Of a stretch of DNA of 64,000 nt, positions 48,080 to 58,515 are shown in pieces (within the stretch, counting starts at the first letter, position 1; every line of letters begins with the position of its first letter). A program made the translations under genes and the position numbers. Source of the stretch: Flavobacteriaceae bacterium (GTDB taxonomy: Bacteria; Bacteroidota; Bacteroidia; Flavobacteriales; Flavobacteriaceae); the NCBI GenBank assembly GCA_009926065.1, contig RFPP01000002.1, positions 29,713 through 93,712 of the forward strand, in the 5' to 3' direction. The notes under the pieces are model-generated. The model saw only the letters and a list, made by a program, of their open reading frames with translations. It ran no database searches and was not told the origin of the DNA.

Positions 48080-48904
48080 ATGAAAGTTTCAGTAATTATC
48101 ACAACATACAATGCAGTTGAATGGTTGCAAAAGGTACTTATTGGGTATAGCGTCCAAACGGAGTGCGATTTTGAAATTGTTATTGCCGATGATGGTTCGA
48201 ATTCTGAAACTAAAAATTTAATTTCTAAATACTCCTCAAAATTCAAGTTTCCTATAGTTCATGTATGGCATGAAGATAACGGATTCCAAAAAACAAAAAT
48301 TTTAAATAAAGCTATTTTAAAGTCAAATTCTGACTATTTAATATTCACAGATGGCGATTGTATTCCTAGAAAAGATTTCGTTGAAAAACATCTTAAATAC
48401 AGGGAAATTGGTTATTTTCTTTCAGGTGGTTATTTTAAATTACCATTAACTATTTCTAAACTTATTTCTGAAAAGGATATAATTGATTCAAATTGTTTCA
48501 AACTTTCATGGTTAAAAAACAATGGATTTAAATTGAACTTTAAAAGTATTAAATTGACCAATAATAGATTTATTGCTCAATTTATGAATTGGATTACTCC
48601 AACAAAAAGATCGTGGAACGGACACAACTCTTCAGGTTGGAAATGTGATATTTTAGCTGTAAATGGATTTAATAATGAAATGCAGTATGGCGGTGAAGAT
48701 AGAGAAATGGGCGAGAGAATGTTTAACAACGGCATGCTTTCAAAGCAAATTCGTTACAGTGCGATTTGCGTTCATTTAGATCACAGTCGTGGATATTCTT
48801 CTCCTGAAATTTGGAACAACAACAACAAAATTCGTGCTTACAATAAAAAACATGGCATTATCAAAACTGATAATGGAATTGATAAGGTTGAAGGTTTTTT
48901 ATAA
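48080..48904 (+). CDS. Glycosyltransferase family 2 (GT2/GT7-C type)
   Basis: SVIITTYN, ADDGS, FTDGDCIP, NGFNNEMQYGGEDRE, HLDH. Confidence 0.9.
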   Translation: MKVSVIITTYNAVEWLQKVLIGYSVQTECDFEIVIADDGSNSETKNLISKYSSKFKFPIVHVWHEDNGFQKTKILNKAILKSNSDYLIFTDGDCIPRKDFVEKHLKYREIGYFLSGGYFKLPLTISKLISEKDIIDSNCFKLSWLKNNGFKLNFKSIKLTNNRFIAQFMNWITPTKRSWNGHNSSGWKCDILAVNGFNNEMQYGGEDREMGERMFNNGMLSKQIRYSAICVHLDHSRGYSSPEIWNNNNKIRAYNKKHGIIKTDNGIDKVEGFL

Positions 48905-49735
48905 TTGAAATATTCCTCCGAAAGCGATAATTTTTTGAAAAAACATAAAATTTTGTGAAGCACTATCGGCATTATCAAATGTAGTTTTGATATTTGGCAT
49001 ATTTATATAACCTCCTTTTAATTCCCCTTGAATAAAATAGTGTTTTAAAAAAGTAATGTTTAATCCCGCTTTTGCTGAAAATCCATAACCGGCTACATTA
49101 AAATCATCATGACGGGCTTTTCCCATTAACATCACATTTGTTTTTGGATATAATAAACCCGCTCCAGCTCCCTCTGTTAAACTAATTTGAATTTTATCGG
49201 TGTTATTTATTCTGAATATTTTCGAAATATCATCTACTCTTGAAAATTCAGAATTTACATAATTCAAGCCATCAGTATGTTCAAAGGTTAAAAAACTTTC
49301 ATCGGTTAAATCAATTATTCCATTATTTATTACTGTTGAATTATAAGTATTTGGGTAGTTTCCAGTTATTCTAACTGATTGATTTTGAACCATTACGTAT
49401 TTCATGTGGTCCACTCCAATAGATATATTATAATGATCATTTAAAAAATAACCAATTCTAAAGTTAGTTTGAGGTATTGTCATTTTTAATGGGTTAATAT
49501 AATCTATATGCCAACCCACCGGCCTGTCAACTGAGGCAACGTCATGTAGCGTAAAATCGTAATTTTCACCTTTGAAATGAATGTCAGAATTACTGTGACT
49601 ATCTCTGTTTCCTCCCCAATATATATACATTTTACCCTTATTATGTGCAGTATATTTTTCTGTAATTGGCTTAATAATTTGAGAGAATCCTAATGAAAAA
49701 CTTATAAAGGTAATTATAAAGTGAAATTTGTGCAT
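48899..49735 (-). CDS. Outer-membrane beta-barrel protein, hypothetical
   Basis: Signal peptide; YIYWGGNR, FEHTDGLN; amphipathic strands ending IAFGGIFQL. Confidence 0.65.
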   Translation of the reverse strand: MHKFHFIITFISFSLGFSQIIKPITEKYTAHNKGKMYIYWGGNRDSHSNSDIHFKGENYDFTLHDVASVDRPVGWHIDYINPLKMTIPQTNFRIGYFLNDHYNISIGVDHMKYVMVQNQSVRITGNYPNTYNSTVINNGIIDLTDESFLTFEHTDGLNYVNSEFSRVDDISKIFRINNTDKIQISLTEGAGAGLLYPKTNVMLMGKARHDDFNVAGYGFSAKAGLNITFLKHYFIQGELKGGYINMPNIKTTFDNADSASQNFMFFQKIIAFGGIFQL

Positions 49736-49780
49736 TGAGTTTTATTTATTAAAATTAATTAATTACTACTATTATTAAAT

Positions 49781-50905
49781 TTATTGTAAACTTATTAATT
49801 TATTATAAGTTTCAATCCAGTTTCTAGCAATAATTTCATCATTAAACTTTTGAACAAATTCAAATCCTTTTTGTTGCATAAACTCTCTTTTTTCTGAATT
49901 TATTAATAAATCTTCTAATTCTATTCTTAGCTCTTCCGAATTTTGTGGGTCAATGTAAATTGAATTTTCTCCTCCTGCTTCAGCAAAACAACCTCCTTCT
50001 GAAGTGATTACAGGAGTTTTTGAATATAATGCTTCAATTATTGGAATTCCAAATCCTTCAAAAATTGAGGGATAAATAAATACAGTTGCCATCCTATATA
50101 TAGATGCTAATTCTTTCAAATCAAGGTTTTCAAGGAAAATAACTTTATTTTGAAGATTATTTTCTATAATAAAAGAGTTTATTTCTTTAATATAAGCTGT
50201 TTTTTTGCCAATGACAACTAACTGCGTTTCAATTTCTTTTATGGCCTTAATAACTGATAGCAAATTTTTTCGAGTTTCAATTGTTCCAACATTCAAAATG
50301 AATTGGGTTGGTAATTTGTATTTAGTTCTTGTTATTTCTAAAAATTCATTCGGGATTTCCTCTTTGAAAACAGGAGCACATCCCTGATAAATTACTTTTA
50401 TTTTGTCAGGATTAATATTTAAATAAGTGACAATATCCTTTTTTGTTTGCTCGCTTATTGCAATCACTAAATCGGCTTTATTAGCAGCATATTTAAATTT
50501 GTAATAATGAATTTTACGATCAAAAAAAGAATACAAATTGGGATATCTCATGAATATTAAATCATGAATGGTCACCACAGTTTTTACACCAGTTTTATGT
50601 AAACCAATCGGAATTTCCCCAGATAAGCCATGAAACAATTCGACTCTATCATTTTTTATTTGTGAACAAACTGAAAACAACCTCCAAAGCGAGGATAACT
50701 TTTTATCTTTTTTGGAGTCTGGCAAATGTTCGACAATAATTTTTCCATCTATTGGAATTCGATTGATTTTTTTTGGCTTAGGATTGTATAATAAATAACT
50801 ATTTTCTGGATGATATTGCGCCAAAATCCTTATCAGATCTCGACTATAATTGCCCAAACCTGTTTTGTTATGAAAGAATCTTTTAGCGTCAAAACCTAGT
50901 ATCAT
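49781..50905 (-). CDS. Glycosyltransferase family 4
   Basis: TGLGNYSR, TIHDLIF, VGTIETRKN, EGFGIPIIEA. Confidence 0.92.
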   Translation of the reverse strand: MILGFDAKRFFHNKTGLGNYSRDLIRILAQYHPENSYLLYNPKPKKINRIPIDGKIIVEHLPDSKKDKKLSSLWRLFSVCSQIKNDRVELFHGLSGEIPIGLHKTGVKTVVTIHDLIFMRYPNLYSFFDRKIHYYKFKYAANKADLVIAISEQTKKDIVTYLNINPDKIKVIYQGCAPVFKEEIPNEFLEITRTKYKLPTQFILNVGTIETRKNLLSVIKAIKEIETQLVVIGKKTAYIKEINSFIIENNLQNKVIFLENLDLKELASIYRMATVFIYPSIFEGFGIPIIEALYSKTPVITSEGGCFAEAGGENSIYIDPQNSEELRIELEDLLINSEKREFMQQKGFEFVQKFNDEIIARNWIETYNKLISLQ

Positions 50906-51955
50906 CTATCTTAGATTGTTATTATTAAGAAATAAAAGTAATGAATTATTAAATAGTTCAGGTTTTAATAATTTATATATTTCATTGTCATTTTTAGAAT
51001 TTTCAAGCTCTAAATTGGGGTAATAATCAGATAGGTGAACTGAAATATTTGTAGTTTCATTTTCAAACATATTCCAATCATTTTTCAAAATATAGGGTGA
51101 GAATATTGTGAATGTTGGAATATCTAACGCTTTTGCCATGTTTATTGCTCCGCCCTCATTTCCAATTAAAGCCGCACATTGGCTAGTTAAACCCATGAAT
51201 TCTCGTAATGATTTTGCATATACGTCAAAAAATATTTTTTCTTTAGTTTCAAGTTTACACAAATTATACAATTCTAACGCAATGTCTTTTTGATTTGGAA
51301 TGTAATTAAATAGTATTTGAACCTTTTTATTTTCAGCAATTTCATCGATTACTTTAGCCATGTATTCTAGTGGGTATGTTTTTGCTGCGCTACTGCCAAT
51401 GGCGCTAATCATGATTATAGGTTGATTTAAATCAATATTATTCTGTTTTAATAAATTGATTGCATTGTCAATTTCGTAGTTTTTTAAATACAATTTTGGT
51501 TTGATAACTTGAAAATCAATCTCTAATGGTTTTAATAATTGCAATCGATGTTCAATTGCTTTTGTTGCTTTAGAGATAGAATGCTCTGTTCTAATTATTG
51601 TATCTGTATAAAAAAATCTCGAGTAACTTTTATGAAACGAAATTGTTTTTTTAGCACCTGAAAATTTGCAGAAAAGAGCTGTTTTTAATTTCGAATAGGA
51701 ATCAATTATTATATCGTAATTTTCATTTCTGATATTATTCAATTGCTTTATAAACCCAATGAATCCAATTTCAATATTTGGATCTAAAATGATGACTTTA
51801 TCTATAAATGGATTATTTTCTAAAACGGGAATAGTATTTTTATTTACGATAAAATGCAATTCAGCAATAGGAAATTTTTGTTTTAATACTTCAAAAATCA
51901 CACTAGTTATCAAAACGTCACCAATCATTTTTGGCTGAATCACTGCTATTTTCAT
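50906..51955 (-). CDS. Glycosyltransferase family 9 (LPS heptosyltransferase-like)
   Basis: MIGDVLIT, KTYP, IGNEGGAINMAKALDIPT. Confidence 0.88.
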   Translation of the reverse strand: MKIAVIQPKMIGDVLITSVIFEVLKQKFPIAELHFIVNKNTIPVLENNPFIDKVIILDPNIEIGFIGFIKQLNNIRNENYDIIIDSYSKLKTALFCKFSGAKKTISFHKSYSRFFYTDTIIRTEHSISKATKAIEHRLQLLKPLEIDFQVIKPKLYLKNYEIDNAINLLKQNNIDLNQPIIMISAIGSSAAKTYPLEYMAKVIDEIAENKKVQILFNYIPNQKDIALELYNLCKLETKEKIFFDVYAKSLREFMGLTSQCAALIGNEGGAINMAKALDIPTFTIFSPYILKNDWNMFENETTNISVHLSDYYPNLELENSKNDNEIYKLLKPELFNNSLLLFLNNNNLR

Positions 51956-52740
51956 GCTGATTTTGATTTTATTTTATGAATTAAATCTCGAGTACAATGA
52001 AAATGATAATTCTTTTTTTTCATCCAAATGATAAGATTATCCAATCTTTCATACATCTGAATTCCAGAGTTTTTTGACACATATCCTGGAAAACCAAATC
52101 TATTAAAATCCCTTAAATCAGTAAATTCCCATGGATGAAAATAGATATTTAAGTAGTTATCTTTAATAAAAGTAAAATTGCAAATTATTTTATATATCCA
52201 AAGAGGAAGATTATGAAAGGAAAGCCAAAAAAGCGGGAAACGGATAATTGGACTGACTGATGCGGGTATTTGCCAAACACCATCTTGAGTAAAATAGGTT
52301 CTAGGCTTTGAAAAATTATTATATCTTCCAGGTAAGTACGTTGGATTTATTGATGAATTGTAAATATAACCTGCTTTATAAATTTCTTTTTCCTCAACAG
52401 GTTGCATTCTCGGCATTCTAAATCCTATTACCTTGGTATTGGTAATTTCCTCTAATTTTTTCTTGGATTCAAATAAATGTTCTACTTTAAAATCACTATG
52501 GTAATAACTATGTGATGCAATTTCATGACCGTCTTTAATTATTCTTTTAATTATTTCGGGAGCATTTATTGCAAAAACAACTGTACTAAAAAATGTAGCT
52601 TTAATTTGGTGTTTTTCTAACAAATCTAATATTATCGAAGTCCCTTTAATAGAAATACTAATTTGATCTTCAAAACTAATTGTTTTTCCATATTCAAATG
52701 GCATGTCAAATTCTTCAATATCAAAACTCAATAAAATCAT
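51952..52740 (-). CDS. Polysaccharide deacetylase (CE4, DUF3473-like C-terminus)
   Basis: SFDIEEFD, ATFF, HEIASHSYYH, GFRMPR, YFHPWEF. Confidence 0.88.
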   Translation of the reverse strand: MILLSFDIEEFDMPFEYGKTISFEDQISISIKGTSIILDLLEKHQIKATFFSTVVFAINAPEIIKRIIKDGHEIASHSYYHSDFKVEHLFESKKKLEEITNTKVIGFRMPRMQPVEEKEIYKAGYIYNSSINPTYLPGRYNNFSKPRTYFTQDGVWQIPASVSPIIRFPLFWLSFHNLPLWIYKIICNFTFIKDNYLNIYFHPWEFTDLRDFNRFGFPGYVSKNSGIQMYERLDNLIIWMKKKNYHFHCTRDLIHKIKSKSA

Positions 52741-53681
52741 TTTTTTTCTTCTAAATTAGTATCTCTAATTAAATAGTTAGGTCGTTGTTTTGACTGCATA
52801 AATAGTTTACCTACATATACCCCAATTATACCCAATACAATTAAATTTAGTCCACCAAATATTACGATTGTGAAAATTACGGATGCCCACCCAGATATTA
52901 CATGACCATAATAAATACTGTAAAAAACATATAAAATGTAAAAAAGTAAAGAAAAGAAAAATAGTGAAATCCCTAAAAATATTGATATATATAATGGACG
53001 AATACTAAACGAGGTAATGCCTTTAATTGCAAATTGCATCATTTTTTTTACAGTATATTTACTGTTTCCTGAAAATCGTTTGGATGGTATATAGTCAATA
53101 GCGAATTGATTAAAGCCTACCCAATTTACTAATCCTCGTATAAAAAGTTCATTTTCGCTAAAAGCAAAAAATACCGTAGAGACTTTTTTATCCATTAATC
53201 TAAAATCGGCAGTACCTTCCTCTATTTTAATTTCAGAAATAGAATTTATGAATTTGTAAAAATATTTTGAAGTTATTTTTTTGAATGGTGAAAGATTTTT
53301 ATCTTCTAAGCGTCGGGTGTAAACTATATCATATCCTTCTTCCCATTTTTCTATTAACTTTGGGATCATTTCGGGTGGATGTTGCATATCACCATCCATA
53401 GTAATGATGCAATCTCCAGAAGCTAAGTCCAATCCTGCTTTCAGTGCATTTTGATGTCCAAAATTTCTTGATAATTCTATGTAGAAAACGTTAGAATCAT
53501 TAGCTGAAATTTCTTGTAAAATACGCAATGTTTTGTCACTACTTCCATCGTCAACAAATATTAATTCGTATCGATAATTTAAGTTTTGAAGCACTTCATT
53601 TAGTGCTTTTACAATAATTTTAATATTTCCTTCCTCATTAAATGAAGGAATAACAACAGATATTTTCTTTTGTAAAGTCAT
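52737..53681 (-). CDS. Polyprenyl-phosphate glycosyltransferase (GtrB/ArnC-like GT2)
   Basis: FVDDGSSD, SRNFGHQ, MDGDMQHPP, ADFRLMD, two C-terminal TM helices, GIIGVYVGK...RPNY. Confidence 0.9.
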   Translation of the reverse strand: MTLQKKISVVIPSFNEEGNIKIIVKALNEVLQNLNYRYELIFVDDGSSDKTLRILQEISANDSNVFYIELSRNFGHQNALKAGLDLASGDCIITMDGDMQHPPEMIPKLIEKWEEGYDIVYTRRLEDKNLSPFKKITSKYFYKFINSISEIKIEEGTADFRLMDKKVSTVFFAFSENELFIRGLVNWVGFNQFAIDYIPSKRFSGNSKYTVKKMMQFAIKGITSFSIRPLYISIFLGISLFFFSLLFYILYVFYSIYYGHVISGWASVIFTIVIFGGLNLIVLGIIGVYVGKLFMQSKQRPNYLIRDTNLEEKK

Positions 53682-53683
53682 CT

Positions 53684-54883
53684 TTAATGAGTAATTGAAT
53701 TGTAGTTTTTAAATTTATTTCTTAGCATTTCATAAAAAATAGTAAACCAAATTAATACACAAGGTAATGCTTTTAATGCATAAGGACGTATAAAATTGTC
53801 TTTTAAATATTTTGGAATTAAATCGGATGGCGATAAACTCGTGAGAATTAAAGCAAAAATAAATAATAGAATGTAAAAATTCGAAATAGGTTTCGGCTGA
53901 ATTACAAACCAAATTGCGACTCCTACAAATGCGATTATATAGGTTGGTGATTCAGATCCCGAGCTAAAAATAACGGTGAAAATTAATACCGAAGCCAATA
54001 ACATTAATCGGTATGAAACTTCTTTGTATTCTTTTATTCTTAAATATTGTAATCCAAATAAGATAATTCCACTTATCAAAAAAGGCAAATTAGGGATACT
54101 GCTATCTTGAAAAAATCGACGTACAATTCCCATTAATGAAATGTCTTGGTAGGAATTTAATCCAGCATTTTCATTATTTTTTTCAACTAATCTTTCAAAC
54201 CACTCTTTATATGTTTGGATAATATATTCAGGAGAAGATAGCAACATTGGTAAACAGAACAAAACAATACTCCAGAATGTAAGTGACAATATAAATTTAA
54301 ATTTATTTTTAGAAAAGAAGAAAAATGCCAAACCTACAATTCCATACAATTTTACAAAAACACCTAAAACTATAAAAAATGCTGACCAGAAATCTTTTGC
54401 TTTTTCGATATAAACAAAAGAAAGTAAAATAATTGCTGTCATTAACGGATTAAATTGTAAACCCAATAATGTGGTTAATAGTTCATGCAAACAGATCCAA
54501 AGAATAGCATTTATTTGAGAAGATTTTAATGGTAATTGAGTAATTGCCCACGCTAAAATTCCTGCATTAAATAAAGACCAAAGAGGGATTCCAATGTAAT
54601 CTGGTAACATTGCAAATGGAGCAATTACTATACTAAAAATGGGTCCATAGTGGTTATGATCAAAATATTCTAGAGGATATTCTTTATATAAAGGAAGTTT
54701 GTTTATCGTATGATAAAATACATTTTTAAAAATTTTATAGTTATTAATATCATTAATATCTAATTTCACCAAAACAGATAGCAAGGCAATAATTAACCAT
54801 AAAGAAATAATTATCAATCTATTATTGAAAAATGACAAATTAAAAAAAGTTGAAATTTTTTTTATAATGGGATTAGATATCAT
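53684..54883 (-). CDS. GT87/DUF2029 family membrane glycosyltransferase (GT-C)
   Basis: Multi-TM; YPLEYFDHNHYGP, QFNP, KLYG, SESPTY motifs. Confidence 0.82.
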   Translation of the reverse strand: MISNPIIKKISTFFNLSFFNNRLIIISLWLIIALLSVLVKLDINDINNYKIFKNVFYHTINKLPLYKEYPLEYFDHNHYGPIFSIVIAPFAMLPDYIGIPLWSLFNAGILAWAITQLPLKSSQINAILWICLHELLTTLLGLQFNPLMTAIILLSFVYIEKAKDFWSAFFIVLGVFVKLYGIVGLAFFFFSKNKFKFILSLTFWSIVLFCLPMLLSSPEYIIQTYKEWFERLVEKNNENAGLNSYQDISLMGIVRRFFQDSSIPNLPFLISGIILFGLQYLRIKEYKEVSYRLMLLASVLIFTVIFSSGSESPTYIIAFVGVAIWFVIQPKPISNFYILLFIFALILTSLSPSDLIPKYLKDNFIRPYALKALPCVLIWFTIFYEMLRNKFKNYNSITH

Positions 54884-54917
54884 TTCAGATCGTTTAAATA
54901 TTCATGAAATTTCTCAA

Positions 54918-55733
54918 TTAAATGGCGACATCATATTCTCTTAACGCGTCGTTTAAACTCGTTTTTAAATCGGTTGAAGGTTTGCGGGTTCCAATAATCA
55001 ATGCGCATGGAACTTGATAATCTCCTGCTGTAAAATTTTTGGTGTAACTTCCAGGGATCACCACTGATCTAGCCGGAACAAATCCTTTCATTTCAATTGG
55101 AGTTTTACCGGTAACATCAATAATTTTTGTAGATGCAGTTAAACAAACATTTGCACCCAGTACAGCTTCTTTCCCAACATGAACCCCTTCGACTACAATG
55201 CATCTAGATCCTATGAAAGCACCATCTTCAATGATAACAGGCGCTGCTTGTAAAGGCTCTAAAACACCACCAATTCCAACACCGCCACTTAAATGCACGT
55301 TTTTTCCAATTTGAGCGCAACTTCCTACTGTAGCCCAGGTATCAACCATAGTTCCTTCGTCTACGTGTGCTCCAATATTAACATAGCTAGGCATTAAAAT
55401 AACCCCTTTTGAAATGTATGCACCATGTCTTGCAACCGCATTTGGAACTACACGAATTCCTTTTTCTGCATAACCTCTTTTCAATGGAATTTTATCATGA
55501 TATTCAAATATACCTGATTCTAAAGTTTCCATTTTTTGAATAGGGAAATACATTACAACTGCTTTTTTTACCCATTCGTTAACTTGCCATTTTTCGCCAA
55601 TTGGCTCTGCAACTCTTAAATTACCTGAATCCAGCAAATCAACAACTTTTCTTATTGCATCTAAAGTAGCCTCTTCTTTTAACAATTCTCTATTGTTCCA
55701 AGCCTGTTCTATAATAGTTTGTAAATTATTCAT
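54918..55733 (-). CDS. dapD: 2,3,4,5-tetrahydropyridine-2,6-dicarboxylate N-succinyltransferase
   Basis: NEWVKKAV, RVVP, LMPSYVNIGA, DTWATVGSCAQIG, GGVLEPLQAAPVIIED. Confidence 0.96.
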   Translation of the reverse strand: MNNLQTIIEQAWNNRELLKEEATLDAIRKVVDLLDSGNLRVAEPIGEKWQVNEWVKKAVVMYFPIQKMETLESGIFEYHDKIPLKRGYAEKGIRVVPNAVARHGAYISKGVILMPSYVNIGAHVDEGTMVDTWATVGSCAQIGKNVHLSGGVGIGGVLEPLQAAPVIIEDGAFIGSRCIVVEGVHVGKEAVLGANVCLTASTKIIDVTGKTPIEMKGFVPARSVVIPGSYTKNFTAGDYQVPCALIIGTRKPSTDLKTSLNDALREYDVAI

Positions 55734-55864
55734 TTTAAAATATTTTAAGCAAAGATAACTTATTTGTTTATTTTCAAGAGTGTTAAAAATGGATTTTATT
55801 TATCATTTTTTTGCAACTTAACAAGTTAATTTACTTTGTTTATATTTGTATAAATATTAAAAAG

Positions 55865-56269
55865 ATGCCTCGAATTTTAGCAATTGATTACGGACAAAAA
55901 CGAACAGGAATAGCTGTTACAGACGAAATGCAAATTATCGCTTCTGGATTAACAACCATCCCCTCAACATCCACAATCGATTTTTTGAAAGATTATTTCT
56001 CTAAAGAAAACGTAGAAAAAGTACTTATTGGTGAACCCAAACAAATGAATGGAGAACCATCACAAAGTACTGAAATCATTGAAGCATTTGTAAGAAAATT
56101 TACTTTATTTTTCCCAAATATGCCTGTAGTTCGTGTTGATGAACGGTTTACTTCAAAAATGGCATTTCAAACCATGATAGATAGTGGTTTAAATAAAAAT
56201 CAAAGAAAAAATAAAGCTCTATTAGATGAAATTTCTGCAACAATAATGTTACAAGATTATTTGAGATGA
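55865..56269 (+). CDS. ruvX: Pre-16S rRNA maturation nuclease / Holliday junction resolvase-like RuvX (YqgF)
   Basis: MPRILAIDYGQKRTGIA, DERFTS, DEISA; ATG 55865 preferred, preceded by TATATTTG at 55841. Confidence 0.93.
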   Translation: MPRILAIDYGQKRTGIAVTDEMQIIASGLTTIPSTSTIDFLKDYFSKENVEKVLIGEPKQMNGEPSQSTEIIEAFVRKFTLFFPNMPVVRVDERFTSKMAFQTMIDSGLNKNQRKNKALLDEISATIMLQDYLR

Positions 56270-56473
56270 CTTAATTATATAAAGATTTATTTTTTAATGT
56301 GTTGAAATATAACCTTGAAATGATTATTATTAAATAATGTATCATTTTCTTTAAATTACTAAAAAAATATTATTTGTAATTAAACTATTTCAACTTGTAT
56401 TTTTTGTTATTTTTGCCAACAAATATTACTAAATTAACTGAATTTTATTTTTCAAATCCAAAATACTATTTTA

Positions 56474-57061
56474 ATGATTTTACCAATTGTAGGATATGGG
56501 GACCCAGTATTAAGAAAAGTAGCTGAAGCAATTTCATCTGATTACCCTTATTTAAAAGAGACAGTTGCAAACATGTATGATACTATGTATAATGCTAGTG
56601 GGGTAGGACTTGCAGCTCCACAAGTTGGATTGAGTATTCGTTTATTTGTAATAGATACTTCTGCTTTTGGAAATGACGATGATTTAGCAACCGAAGAACA
56701 GATTAAATTGAAAAATTTCAAACGTACTTTTATTAATGCTAAAATGATAAACGAAGACGGTGAAATTTGGGGATTTAACGAAGGATGTTTAAGTATTCCT
56801 GATGTTCGTGAAGATGTTTTTAGAAACGAAAGAATCACATTAGAATATTGTGAGGAAGATTTTGTTGTTAAAACTGAAGTATTCGATGGCTTGATTGCTC
56901 GTGTAATCCAACATGAATACGATCATATTGAAGGAATTTTATTCACTGATTTAATTTCATCACTAAAAAAACAATTAATAAAGAAAAAACTACAAAATAT
57001 TATGGATGGGAAAGCGCGTCCAGACTATAGAATGAAATTTTGTAACAAAAAAGGTAGATAA
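56474..57061 (+). CDS. def: Peptide deformylase
   Basis: GVGLAAPQVG, EGCLS, QHEYDH. Confidence 0.97.
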   Translation: MILPIVGYGDPVLRKVAEAISSDYPYLKETVANMYDTMYNASGVGLAAPQVGLSIRLFVIDTSAFGNDDDLATEEQIKLKNFKRTFINAKMINEDGEIWGFNEGCLSIPDVREDVFRNERITLEYCEEDFVVKTEVFDGLIARVIQHEYDHIEGILFTDLISSLKKQLIKKKLQNIMDGKARPDYRMKFCNKKGR

Positions 57062-57087
57062 ATAAAATTAAATTGATAAAAAATACA

Positions 57088-57567
57088 ATGACATTAGATA
57101 AAATATTAGCAATAGCAGGAAAACCAGGTTTATTTCAATTAAAGATTCAAACTCGCACCGGTTTTGTTGCTGAATCATTAATTGACGGTAAGAAAATTAC
57201 AGTAGGATTAAAAAGTAACGTGAGCTTACTATCTGAAATTTCTGTTTATACCTATACTGAAGAAAAACCCTTGACTGATATAATGAGAACTATTGCAATA
57301 AAAGAAGATAATGGACCTGCAATTTCTCATAAGGAAGAAAATTCAAAACTAATTGATTATTTTCTAGAGGTTCTACCTGATTATGATCAAGACAGAGTTT
57401 ATCCATCAGATATTAAAAAAATATTAAATTGGTACAACATGCTTCAAGCCAAAGGTTTAGTTTCTAAAGAGGAGCAAAAAAAAGAAGAGGATAATTTAAA
57501 CATTGAAAAAAATCAAGTTGCTTCTGAAAAAGTAGATAAACCTGCTAAAAAAACAAAATCAAAATAA
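57088..57567 (+). CDS. DUF5606 family protein
   Basis: MTLDKILAIAGKPGLF, SLLSEIS, YDQDRVYPSDIKKILNWYN; ATG 57088 preferred. Confidence 0.8.
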   Translation: MTLDKILAIAGKPGLFQLKIQTRTGFVAESLIDGKKITVGLKSNVSLLSEISVYTYTEEKPLTDIMRTIAIKEDNGPAISHKEENSKLIDYFLEVLPDYDQDRVYPSDIKKILNWYNMLQAKGLVSKEEQKKEEDNLNIEKNQVASEKVDKPAKKTKSK

Positions 57568-57590
57568 TATTTACAATTCAATATAAATTC

Positions 57591-57630
57591 ATCCTGTCAA
57601 GAGGTAATCCTGACGGGATTTATTATTTTT
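57591..57630 (+). terminator. Hairpin / probable terminator before mazG
   Basis: ATCCTGTCA / TGACGGGAT stem (one G-U pair) followed by a T-rich tract. Confidence 0.5.
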
Positions 57631-57663
57631 ACAGTTAATACTTCAAGAATTTTAATATTTCAA

Positions 57664-58437
57664 ATGAAAAATAGAAAAAATCAACTTCAAGCTTTTGATA
57701 GATTGTTAACTATAATGGACGATTTACGCGAAAAATGCCCTTGGGATCAAAAGCAAACCTTGCAAAGTTTACGTCATTTAACCATTGAAGAAACATATGA
57801 ATTGGGTGATGCTATTTTAAATAATGATCTGAATGAAGTTAAAAAAGAGTTGGGAGATTTACTGTTACATATTGTTTTTTATGCTAAAATAGGTAGTGAA
57901 ACTAACAATTTTGATATTGCTGATGTTTGTAATGAAATTTGTGACAAACTAGTTCATCGTCATCCACATATTTACAGTGATGTAGTTGTTAAAGATGAAG
58001 AAGAAGTGAAACAAAACTGGGAAAAATTGAAATTGAAAGAAGGGAAAAAGTCGGTTTTAGAAGGCGTTCCTAAAAGTTTACCAGCATTAGTAAAAGCAAG
58101 TAGAATTCAAGACAAAGTTAAGGGGGTGGGATTTGATTGGGAGAAACCGAAGCAAGTTTGGGATAAAGTAAAAGAGGAAATTAAGGAATTTCAAATTGAA
58201 GTTGCTACTGGGAATCAAGATAAAATGGAATCTGAATTTGGAGATGTACTTTTTTCAATGATCAATTATGCTCGTTTTTTGAATATCAATCCTGAGGATG
58301 CTTTAGAACGTACTAATAAAAAATTTATAAAGAGATTTCAATATTTAGAGTCGAAAGCACAAGAATTGGGAAAACCATTAATGGAAATGACTTTAGCAGA
58401 AATGGATGTTTTTTGGGAGGAAGCAAAGAAAATTTAA
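57664..58437 (+). CDS. mazG: Nucleoside triphosphate pyrophosphohydrolase MazG
   Basis: LREKCPWDQKQT, EETYEL, EELGDLL-like KKELGDLL, second domain EFGDVLF. Confidence 0.95.
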   Translation: MKNRKNQLQAFDRLLTIMDDLREKCPWDQKQTLQSLRHLTIEETYELGDAILNNDLNEVKKELGDLLLHIVFYAKIGSETNNFDIADVCNEICDKLVHRHPHIYSDVVVKDEEEVKQNWEKLKLKEGKKSVLEGVPKSLPALVKASRIQDKVKGVGFDWEKPKQVWDKVKEEIKEFQIEVATGNQDKMESEFGDVLFSMINYARFLNINPEDALERTNKKFIKRFQYLESKAQELGKPLMEMTLAEMDVFWEEAKKI

Positions 58438-58471
58438 AATAATTTACCTTACTATTTTATAATTTTTTCAT

Positions 58472-58498
58472 AAAAAAAACCTCGCATTGCGAGGTTTT
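58472..58498. terminator. Bidirectional terminator between mazG and DUF349 gene
   Basis: AAAACCTCGCA-T-TGCGAGGTTTT inverted repeat. Confidence 0.85.
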
Positions 58499-58515
58499 AA
58501 ATCAAAAATTTAGTT

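Noticed and set aside
57664-58437. mazG as part of a toxin-antitoxin or anti-phage system
   Set aside because: Two-domain housekeeping MazG in ruvX-def-DUF5606 context; no mazEF or defence genes nearby.
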